Source: Opitutaceae bacterium
Lineage (GTDB): Bacteria > Verrucomicrobiota > Verrucomicrobiia > Opitutales > Opitutaceae
Assembly (NCBI GenBank): GCA_049513315.1
Contig: JBEKWG010000004.1
Span: 52,244 to 116,243 of the forward strand
DNA: 64,000 nucleotides
Direction of reading: 5' to 3'
The notes under the pieces were generated by a model. It made no database searches. It saw nothing but the letters and a program-made list of their open reading frames with translations, and was not told the origin of the DNA. The position numbers and the translations under genes are program-made. This document shows positions 26,032-34,067 of this stretch, piece by piece (the stretch's first letter is position 1; each line of letters starts with the position of its first letter).

Positions 26032-27744
26032 CTAGGGCCATTCCAGCACCAGCAGCGAAACAGCCTGCCGGGGCAGAGTAAATGTCAGTGTCACTTGACT
26101 GTCATGCATGAGAATTGTGGCGGGCACTTCCAGCCGTTCCAGCCGCCCGGCTTTTTCGAGTTGCGCGTATTGCTCCGGCGTCGGCGCCGGCGGCGAGCCC
26201 ATCCGCTGCCAGGCGGCAAACGCGTTGCTGTGCGTCGCGTCGAGGCGGTAATGCGCCAGCCGCGCCTGCCTGGCCGCCGTGGGCAGTCCGTCCACGGTCA
26301 GCTCCACCGCGGCGTCGGGGCCGGGCACGTCGTCGTCGTGATAATGCCAGACGAGCACGGTGAAGCGGTTCCGGTCCAAGCTGGCCAGCGCCGACACGTC
26401 CGGCGCGCCGCGCACGCCGTCCTGAAGGATGGCGTCCAGCGGCACTTCGCCGGAGCTGGTCACCGCCACGCGCCGGCCGCTCATCCGGCTGAACATGCGG
26501 AAGACGTTGAGCACGGGCTTGTCGAGACCATTGCTGGCCAGCGAACGGAAACCGGCAAAATACGGTTGGTTCTCGAACTCAAACGCCCAAGTCAGCGCGC
26601 CCTCAAGATTCACGTCGTGCCGGTCGGCCAGATCATGGATGCGGGCGAAGCTCGCCGCAGTGTAGCTGGAGTACATCGTGCCGTTGCGGTAGCCGAGCTG
26701 CGGTCCCTGGCAGGCGGCGCAGCCCTCAGGGTCTGATTCGCCGATCACGATGGGCGTGTGCTTCAACTCCGGATACGAGGCGACGATCTGGAAGCCGCCG
26801 TCGATGGTCCGGAGCTGGTTGGCGATGCCCATGCGCACGTGGCCGTCCACAAACACCGGCGCGCCTTTGGCATGGAACGACACGAAGTCGAGGGGCGTGC
26901 CGGTCTGTCCCGTCGCGTAATTCGTGCCGCGCAGGCAGTGTTCGAGAAAGTCCTTCATCCACGGCCCGCCATTCCCGGCGCAGTCGGGTCCGCCGACACG
27001 CGCGGTGGGCAGCGCGCGGCGCACGGCGGCGATCGCGTAATCGTGGAGCTTGCGGAACGCCTCCGGCGTGCCGCGCCAGTAGCCGATGTTGGCTTCGTTC
27101 CATACCTCCCAATACCATTGCTCGACCTCGGCGCGGCCGTACTTCTCCACGCAGTGCCGCACCCACTGGTGGACCAGTTCACCCCACTTCGTGTAATCCT
27201 TCGGCGGCCAGGCCCAGCCGGTGTAGATCTCGTCGTATTTCGCCGCCGGCGTCCAGTGATGCTGATACGGCTCCGGTTTCACCGAAAGCGCCTTGGGCAT
27301 GAAACCGATCTCGACGTACGGCCGCACGCCGCGCGCGAGGTAGGTGTCGAAGATTCCGTCGACGATGGTCCAGTCGTACACCGGGTTGCCCGACGCGTCC
27401 TCGGTGCAGACGTTGGTGCTACCCCATTTCAACGCGGGTGTGCCGTCGCCGGTGCAGAGCAGGTTGTGGGCGCGGAAGTACACCGCTTGCGGTTGCAGTT
27501 CGCCGAGTTCCGCGACGAGCTTCCGGCCGTTCGGCATCGTGGCGTAATTCGGCTCGTCGGCACCGAAGAACCGCCAGATCGGGCGCAGCGCCCCCAAGGG
27601 GCGGGATGCCTCCACGCGGATGGTGACAGGAAAGGCGACGGATGGAGTCGGTCCCGCGGATGGCGGGTCGTCCGCCAGCAGCCGGGAGATGCCCCCAAGC
27701 AGGAGGACCATCAGCGCGAGGACCAAGATCGAGGCGCGCCTCAT
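26032..27744 (-). CDS. GH39-like (beta/alpha)8 glycosidase, secreted
   Basis: 570 aa from the ATG at 27744 (MRRASILVLALMVLLLGG). The ORF-track start at 27807 is GTG. Motifs: YFRAHNLL, YWEVWNEANIGYW (acid/base NE), FVSFHAKG, IVIGESDPEG. Confidence 0.65.
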   Translation of the reverse strand: MRRASILVLALMVLLLGGISRLLADDPPSAGPTPSVAFPVTIRVEASRPLGALRPIWRFFGADEPNYATMPNGRKLVAELGELQPQAVYFRAHNLLCTGDGTPALKWGSTNVCTEDASGNPVYDWTIVDGIFDTYLARGVRPYVEIGFMPKALSVKPEPYQHHWTPAAKYDEIYTGWAWPPKDYTKWGELVHQWVRHCVEKYGRAEVEQWYWEVWNEANIGYWRGTPEAFRKLHDYAIAAVRRALPTARVGGPDCAGNGGPWMKDFLEHCLRGTNYATGQTGTPLDFVSFHAKGAPVFVDGHVRMGIANQLRTIDGGFQIVASYPELKHTPIVIGESDPEGCAACQGPQLGYRNGTMYSSYTAASFARIHDLADRHDVNLEGALTWAFEFENQPYFAGFRSLASNGLDKPVLNVFRMFSRMSGRRVAVTSSGEVPLDAILQDGVRGAPDVSALASLDRNRFTVLVWHYHDDDVPGPDAAVELTVDGLPTAARQARLAHYRLDATHSNAFAAWQRMGSPPAPTPEQYAQLEKAGRLERLEVPATILMHDSQVTLTFTLPRQAVSLLVLEWP

Positions 27745-27865
27745 TCCTTCCGATGCTGAGCCAAATTCGGCTGTGGGCAATTTCGGACTGATCTTCTTTT
27801 GAATCACGAAGGAGCTTCCCCGGTCCGCGCGCGACGATGCGACTCAAGGATGCCCGGTTCGAGAC

Positions 27866-29491
27866 TCAGTACCGCATGAGCTTGGCGCGGATCAGCGCGC
27901 CATTGGCCGGGAACACCAGCCCGCCCGAGGTGAAATCGCCGACGCGCAGGTTCGTCTGCGTCCAGCCGCCGTTTTCGTAGCGGCCCTCCTCGACGAGGAG
28001 AAACTGGGCGCCGGTGTAGGCCGAACCCATGGCGGGCTTGAAATCCAGCGCGGCATCGAATCCCGCGATCAGAAATTCATCCGGGCCCAGCTGGCCGACG
28101 AGGACGCGGCCCGCTGGGACTGGCGTCACCGGCTGACCCGTGAACCGGTTGGGCGGACGGAAGCGCACAAGAATGTCATAACCGTCAAAGTAGAGCATGT
28201 GCCCGGGAATGGATTCCTCCTCGACGGCGGCCTGCAATTTGCCCGCGGCCTGCAGGTCCGCAATGGCCGGCAGGGCCGCCCCAAGGATCCGGAAATTCGC
28301 CGCCATGTCGGTGAAACCCGCGCCGAGCTCGTCGCCGGGGCCGGCATCCATGCCGAACGGGCTGAACCCGATCGCCGAAAAATCCCCCAAGGCATAGAAA
28401 CAGAAGCGCGCGAACGTCGGCCCACGTCCCGTCTCCACCACCAGCAGCGGGTTATCCGGCCGGGCGTACCGCGATAGGATCATCCGGTAGATGATCGGCG
28501 ACTGGTGGTAGATGTCGGGGCCGATGAGATCAATGTCCGGCGCCGTCGCCTTCCACAGGTTGATCATGTGCGACTGGGGCCCACCGCTGGGATAGCTGTC
28601 ACCGGGCCGGTCAAATTCGAGGAACCGGTCGTTGGTCCCCTCCCCGCCCATCCACACGTTGACAAAGGTCGGCAGCGGATAGACCTCCTTGCCGGCCCGC
28701 GCCACGGCGTTGATGTAGCTGGAAAGGTGGTAGCCGGTGAACATCTCCTCCGCCCGCACGCCAAAGACCTCCCGCCATGTGCCCGGCGTTTGGTGCAGGG
28801 CCGCCACGAGCTGCGCCGGCACGGCGCCATTGAACAGCCGTGTGGTCTCCGGCGCGTAGTCGCGCACCGACCCGAGGAGGCCCGATTCGTTTTCCACCTG
28901 CATGAGGATCACAGTGTGGTCGCTGCCGTCGATTTCCTTCAGATGCTTCATCAGCTCCGCATAGGCGCGCCGGTCGGCGTCCAGCGTCGCCGGCCCGTGC
29001 GGTGACAGCACCCGGATCGGCCGGCCGCCGTAGTCGAGCACGCGCGGGAAGCGCTGGGGATCGTCCTTCACCCACGTGGGCACGTAATCCATGGCGCCGT
29101 TCTTGTAGGTGCCGAACCACAGCGGGATGGCCCGCAGCCCCTGGGAGCGCAGTCCGCGGATGATCGGGTCGACCCCGCTGAAATCAAATTTGCCCTCGGC
29201 CGGCTCGATCTGCCCCCAGTAGATGGGGAACTCGACCGTGTTCAGGTGCATCGCCTTGAACTTCGGCCAGGCGCGCTCCATGCGCTCCGGGAAGCCGGTG
29301 GCATTGCCCACCTGGCCGCCAAGGATGATGAATGGTCTGCCGTCGACGATCAGCTGCGTGACGGCCCCGCGCTTTTCGAGGTGCGGCAGGCCGGCGTCCG
29401 CGGCGGATGCGCCAACAGGAAGGGATGCGAGGAGGGCGGCGGCCACCAGGCGGGCCAGGAGATACGGAAAGCCAACGGATTGAGAGCACAT
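27866..29491 (-). CDS. GH35-like beta-galactosidase family protein (DUF5597-type C-terminal domain), secreted
   Basis: 541 aa from the ATG at 29491 (MCSQSVGFPYLLARLVAAALLASLPVGASAAD). Motifs: LIVDGRPFIILGGQVGN, NTVEFPIYWGQIEP, ILMQVENESG, PLLVVETG. The 46 upstream codons in the ORF track lie in a repeat. Confidence 0.6.
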   Translation of the reverse strand: MCSQSVGFPYLLARLVAAALLASLPVGASAADAGLPHLEKRGAVTQLIVDGRPFIILGGQVGNATGFPERMERAWPKFKAMHLNTVEFPIYWGQIEPAEGKFDFSGVDPIIRGLRSQGLRAIPLWFGTYKNGAMDYVPTWVKDDPQRFPRVLDYGGRPIRVLSPHGPATLDADRRAYAELMKHLKEIDGSDHTVILMQVENESGLLGSVRDYAPETTRLFNGAVPAQLVAALHQTPGTWREVFGVRAEEMFTGYHLSSYINAVARAGKEVYPLPTFVNVWMGGEGTNDRFLEFDRPGDSYPSGGPQSHMINLWKATAPDIDLIGPDIYHQSPIIYRMILSRYARPDNPLLVVETGRGPTFARFCFYALGDFSAIGFSPFGMDAGPGDELGAGFTDMAANFRILGAALPAIADLQAAGKLQAAVEEESIPGHMLYFDGYDILVRFRPPNRFTGQPVTPVPAGRVLVGQLGPDEFLIAGFDAALDFKPAMGSAYTGAQFLLVEEGRYENGGWTQTNLRVGDFTSGGLVFPANGALIRAKLMRY

Positions 29492-29513
29492 GAGGAAAAC
29501 GGGGTTGAGTTCT

Positions 29514-29581
29514 GGGTTTTGGGTTTCGGGGCGAGGAGCTCGCTCAGGGTTCGGCGCTGACAATTCCGGGTTCAGGGTTGA
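29514..29581. repeat. Two GGGTT-heptamer doublets (GGGTTTT GGGTTTC ... GGGTTCA GGGTTGA) upstream of the GH35-like gene
   Basis: GGGTT begins at 29502, 29514, 29521, 29547, 29568 and 29575. The two tandem heptamer pairs are 54 nt apart in direct orientation. Confidence 0.5.
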
Positions 29582-29717
29582 CGGCGATGGAGCGAAGGGT
29601 GACGGACGCGGGTTGGAGGCTTTCCGCACTGGCGGTCAGGCGAATTTCGCCGGCCTGACTGGTCGTCTGCACCACGGCGAGGGCCAGACCGTGGAAAGCG
29701 TGGCGACGCGGTGCCTC
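29544..29717 (-). pseudogene. Relic of the 3' end of a GH2 beta-galactosidase-like gene
   Basis: The translation RRHAFHGLALAVVQTTSQAGEIRLTASAESLQPASVTLRS aligns with the C-terminus of the intact GH2 at 38820-41534 (RKAYNGLALVVVRTKAGEPGVITLKAQSDGLAAAEISLQS). Nothing GH2-like precedes it, and it sits in a 429-nt intergenic gap. Confidence 0.6.
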
Positions 29718-29920
29718 CTGTTCCAGGAGAGAGAGGGATAAGGGCACGACCACCAACACCGCACGCCATCCGATCCTGAGTGGGGCCGACCCGAGGGGTC
29801 GCAAGGTCATGGTCCTTAATAAACCAGTCCGAGTGGAATGGAAAACCGGATTCTGCGTTTTTCGTCGGACAGTTTGAATTCCGCACGATGCCCGGTGGCA
29901 TCCCAAGCCACCGGCGCACC

Positions 29921-32095
29921 TCACTTTTCGAGTGTCGTCTGCGTCAGTTGAAAGTTGCTCTCCAGCGGGAGGTCGCGCGACGAACCGCCGACCAGGATCC
30001 TGAAGGTCCCCTGCTCCGCGAGCCAGCCGCGCTGGCTCGGATCGTAGAAGGCAAAGGCGCGCCGTCCGAGCGGAATGGAGACAGTCTGCTTCTCGCCCGG
30101 CTTGAGGAACACTTTCCGGAACCCCTTCAATTCCTTGAAGGGCCGCGGCAGACTGGGACTGGCTTGGTGCACGTACACCTGCGCCACCTCGGCGCCTTCG
30201 CGCGCGCCCGTGTTGGCGAGATCGAACTGCACCATCACGACCGGGTCTTTCGGATCCGCGCCGGCGACGAGCTGGAGGTTCGAGTAGGCAAAGGTGGTGT
30301 AAGAAAGGCCGAAACCAAAGGGAAAGAGCGGCTCGATGGCTTTGGTGTCATACCAGCGGTAGCCAACGAGCAGTCCCTCGTCGTAGCGTTCGGTGCCGCT
30401 TTCTCCCGGATAGGCACGCGCGCCGCCGGCATACGCCGGTGTGTCCTCGAGCCGCTGCGGAAACGTGCAGGGCAGCTTGCCCGAGGGATTCACGTCGCCA
30501 AAGAGAAGGCGGGCGAGCGCATTGCCACCCTCCATGCCGCCGTACCACGCCTGCACGACCGCCGGCACCCGGTCCAGCCACGCGTCCATCTCCACCGGGC
30601 CACCCGAGACCAGGACGACAATCGTCCGCGGGTTGGCCTGCACCACCTGCCGGATCAGGTCGTCCTGCGCGTACGGCAGCTTCAGGTCCTTCCGGTCCAC
30701 ACCCTCGCTGTCAAAAAAACGCCCGTGGTTCAGCCCGCCGACCACGATGGCCACGTCCGCCGCCTTGGCGGCCTGCACGGCCCGTTCGACCAGCCCGGGC
30801 CCTGCCTCCTCCCGGTAACCCGGAGAATAAGTGACATTCACGTGATCGCCCACCCGGCGCAGGATGCCTTCGAACGGGGAGATCTCATAGAAGGCCTTCA
30901 TGATCGTGCTGCCGCCGCCGTGGGCCTGCAGGCGTACGGCGTTCTCGCCGATCACGGCGATTGAAGCGATCTTGTCGGGATTGAGCGGGAGCATGCCACC
31001 GTCGTTCTTGAGCAGGACCATGGCCTCCTCGGCGACGCGCCGGGCCGCCTGCTGATGCGCCACCGTGTTGATCGAACCCTCCGGACGGGCGTCGAGGACG
31101 TGCGTGGCGATCATGACACGCAGGTTGCGCCGGACTTTCTCGTCGAGGGCGGAAACGGGATAGTCACCCTTCTGCAGACCTTCGCGGAACGGCCGCGCCA
31201 GATAGAAGTCTTCGTAGGGCTTGTTCGTGCCCATTTCGAGGTCGAGGCCGTTGAGCGCCGCCTGGCGGGTGTCGTGCGTGCCGTTCCAGTCCGACATGAT
31301 CAGGCCCTTGAAGCCCCACTCGCCCTTCAGGACCTGATTGAGCAGGTAATCGTTGTGGCAGCAGTGCTGCCCGCGGAGCATGTTGTAGGCGCCCATGACC
31401 GCCCACGCGCCGGCCTCCTGCACGGCGGCCTGAAAAGCCGGCAGGTAGATCTCGCGCAGCGTGCGTTCGTCCATCTCCACGTTGATCGAGGCGCGCTGGG
31501 TCTCCTGGTTGTTGGCGGCGAAATGTTTCACGCATGAAGCCACGTCGTGCGACTGCACGGCGCGGATGTAGCTCACCACCAGTCGCGAGGTGAGGAAGGG
31601 ATCCTCGCCGAGGTACTCGAAGCTGCGGCCGTTGAGCGGCGTGCGCATGATGTTCACGCCCGGCCCCAGCATGATGTCCTTGCCGCGCTTGCGGGCCTCC
31701 TCGCCGATGACGTCCCCGTACGCCCGCGCGGCGTCCGGATTCCACGTGGCCGCCAGCGCGATCGCGACGGGCAGATAGGTCGCAAAGTCGTCGGTCCGAC
31801 CCCCGGGATTAAACGTGTCCACATCGACGTCCTCGCGCACGCCGTGCGGGCCGTCGGACGTCCAGCGCCGGGGCAGGCCGAGCCGCGGGATCGCCGCGGT
31901 GGAGAATTTGGTGCCGGCATGCACGAGGGAGATCTTCTCCTCGAGCGTCAGGCGCGACAGCAGGTCCTCGACGCGCGTCTCGACCGGCTGCGCCGCGTCG
32001 AGGTAGGGCGGGCGTTCCTGCGCTCTCGCAGGGACGGCCAGCAGGGTCAGGGCAATAACGCCGACGGACAGGGTGCGGCGATCAGGGTGATTCAT
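29921..32095 (-). CDS. GH3 beta-glucosidase (BglX-like), periplasmic/secreted
   Basis: 724 aa. Signal peptide LSVGVIALTLLAVPARAQ. Motifs: SDGPHGVRED, KHFAANNQE, GFKGLIMSDWNG (nucleophile D), and an FnIII-like C-terminus. Confidence 0.9.
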   Translation of the reverse strand: MNHPDRRTLSVGVIALTLLAVPARAQERPPYLDAAQPVETRVEDLLSRLTLEEKISLVHAGTKFSTAAIPRLGLPRRWTSDGPHGVREDVDVDTFNPGGRTDDFATYLPVAIALAATWNPDAARAYGDVIGEEARKRGKDIMLGPGVNIMRTPLNGRSFEYLGEDPFLTSRLVVSYIRAVQSHDVASCVKHFAANNQETQRASINVEMDERTLREIYLPAFQAAVQEAGAWAVMGAYNMLRGQHCCHNDYLLNQVLKGEWGFKGLIMSDWNGTHDTRQAALNGLDLEMGTNKPYEDFYLARPFREGLQKGDYPVSALDEKVRRNLRVMIATHVLDARPEGSINTVAHQQAARRVAEEAMVLLKNDGGMLPLNPDKIASIAVIGENAVRLQAHGGGSTIMKAFYEISPFEGILRRVGDHVNVTYSPGYREEAGPGLVERAVQAAKAADVAIVVGGLNHGRFFDSEGVDRKDLKLPYAQDDLIRQVVQANPRTIVVLVSGGPVEMDAWLDRVPAVVQAWYGGMEGGNALARLLFGDVNPSGKLPCTFPQRLEDTPAYAGGARAYPGESGTERYDEGLLVGYRWYDTKAIEPLFPFGFGLSYTTFAYSNLQLVAGADPKDPVVMVQFDLANTGAREGAEVAQVYVHQASPSLPRPFKELKGFRKVFLKPGEKQTVSIPLGRRAFAFYDPSQRGWLAEQGTFRILVGGSSRDLPLESNFQLTQTTLEK

Positions 32096-32129
32096 GGCGC
32101 AGGGGCAGGGTGAAAGATTTTCCAGGGCT

Positions 32130-34034
32130 TCACCGCCCGCCGGCGGCTTCAGGCGCCTGACCGGTCGGCCAGTACACCGTGTAACGCTGGTGGTGCAGGC
32201 GGTAGAAAGGAATGAGCGTGATGTCCCGCGGCCGGCCGATGCCCTCGGTCCTGAACGTCAGCGGCTCGCCGGACACGGGTTTGAGCGCCGCGAGGATGCC
32301 AGCGGGTTCTCCGATCAGCGTCGGCTCGGGCGGAGTCGGCCACCCTCTGAACTGCTGTTGGTCGGCCGCATACTGTCCCCCGGCCGGCATGCCGTTGGTC
32401 CCCAGTGCGCCCGCCAGCAGGATGGGGCCGTCAAAGATCGCCACGATCTTCGGGTCGCCCGGGAGGGCTTCCGTACGCAAAGTCATGGGCAGACCGATCT
32501 CGACCAGATCCCCGTCCCTCCATTCGCGGGTAAGCGGCACATAGCCGGAGGCGTCCGGCGCCGCCTCGACCACGCGGCCATTCACCCTGACCGTGATGCC
32601 CGGCTGGCACCACGCGGGCTGGCGCACCTTCAGCGATAGCGTCAACGGCTGCCGGGCCTGGATGTGCAGACGGGTGGCCGGTTCCTCCGGAAAAGCGGTT
32701 TCCTGGCGGATCACCAGGCCGCGCTCGGACCAAGTCAGCTCCGAGGCGATGAACAGGTTCACGTAAAGGGAGGCCGCGTCGTGCGCGTAGATCATTTCGC
32801 CGTATTTCGCGTGGTTCTCCATGCCGGTGCCGACGCAGCACCAGAACGAGTTGTCCGGCGTCGAGTAGGTCTTGAAGAGCCCCGGCTTCATCGAAATGAA
32901 ATAGGTGAACATGCCTGTGCGCGGATCCTGCGAGGCGAGAATCTGGTTGTAGAGCGCCCGCTCGTAGAAATCCATGGTCTCGACCGACGGTTCCCAGGCG
33001 AAGAGGTGCTCCGTGAGCTTGAGCATGTTGTAGGTGTTGCAGGTCTCGGCCGTGACCGGGCTGAGGTGTTTGGCAAAATCAGCGACGGGAAAGAAATGCT
33101 CGTCGTCGCTGTCGCCGCCGATCGCGTAGGAGCGCTGCAACGCCACCTGCCGCCAGAAAAAGCGCGCGATGTCGCGGTATTCCTCCCGGCCGGTCAGCTC
33201 GTATTCGCGGGCCGCGCCGGTGATTTTGGGAATCTGCGTGTTGGCGTGCAGGCCGTCCAGCCGGTCCTCCCCGCGCGCCAGCGGCGCGAACACCGCCTGG
33301 TGGTTGAACGCCTGCGCCAGCCGCAGGTGATCGGGATTGCCGGTCACCGCATACAGGTTGGCAAGCACCTCGTTCATGCCGCCGTGCTCGTTTTTCAGTG
33401 CGCCCTGCATCTGCTCGGGCGTGAGGCGGTCGACGCGGAATTTCACCCATCCGGCCAGGCGCTGCAGCACCTCGAGCGCCTGCGCGTTGCCGGTGTGCAC
33501 GTGCACGTCGAGCAGTCCGGCCATGATCTTGTGCATCGTGTACCACGGCGCCCACACGGGTTTCTGTGCGTCGACGAGGTCGAAGAACGATTCGGGAAAG
33601 GCTGACAGGTAGCCGGCGTGATAACCCTCCTCGACCATCTTGTCCTGGCACTTCGCCAGCTCGGCCACGAGCAGGGCCGTGCGGGCTTTCAAGCGCTCAT
33701 CGCCGGTGGACGCATACATCAACGAACAGGCCGACAGGTAATGCCCCAGGGTGTGCCCGCGCAAACCGCTGCCGGGACTCTCCCAGCCCCCCAAGGCCGG
33801 GGCGTAGGAGTCAATGCCGGCGGTGACCCGAAACATGAGGAGCAGGCGGTCCGGATCCAGCGACAGCAGATACTGCCGGTCCAGCTCCTGGGCCTCCTTG
33901 AACGGACTGTCGAGCAGCCGCACCTGCGCGAGATCAAAACCGGCCACCTGGTTGACGGGGGCGGAAGACGGGGCGGCGGACGCCAGCCCGGAGAGAATCG
34001 AGGCAGCGAGAAATCCCGGGAGGAATATTTTCAT
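32130..34034 (-). CDS. GH127 beta-L-arabinofuranosidase family (DUF1680/HypBA1-like), secreted
   Basis: 634 aa. Signal peptide MKIFLPGFLAASILSGLASAAP. Motifs: GHTLGHYLSA, WYTMHKIMAGLLD, EHGGMNEVL, HANTQIPK, ETCNTYNMLKL, FWCCVGTGMENH (the Cys-rich GH127 site). Confidence 0.88.
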   Translation of the reverse strand: MKIFLPGFLAASILSGLASAAPSSAPVNQVAGFDLAQVRLLDSPFKEAQELDRQYLLSLDPDRLLLMFRVTAGIDSYAPALGGWESPGSGLRGHTLGHYLSACSLMYASTGDERLKARTALLVAELAKCQDKMVEEGYHAGYLSAFPESFFDLVDAQKPVWAPWYTMHKIMAGLLDVHVHTGNAQALEVLQRLAGWVKFRVDRLTPEQMQGALKNEHGGMNEVLANLYAVTGNPDHLRLAQAFNHQAVFAPLARGEDRLDGLHANTQIPKITGAAREYELTGREEYRDIARFFWRQVALQRSYAIGGDSDDEHFFPVADFAKHLSPVTAETCNTYNMLKLTEHLFAWEPSVETMDFYERALYNQILASQDPRTGMFTYFISMKPGLFKTYSTPDNSFWCCVGTGMENHAKYGEMIYAHDAASLYVNLFIASELTWSERGLVIRQETAFPEEPATRLHIQARQPLTLSLKVRQPAWCQPGITVRVNGRVVEAAPDASGYVPLTREWRDGDLVEIGLPMTLRTEALPGDPKIVAIFDGPILLAGALGTNGMPAGGQYAADQQQFRGWPTPPEPTLIGEPAGILAALKPVSGEPLTFRTEGIGRPRDITLIPFYRLHHQRYTVYWPTGQAPEAAGGR

Positions 34035-34067
34035 GATGGGGGGGGCGGAGCAGCCCCGTTTTCAGGT

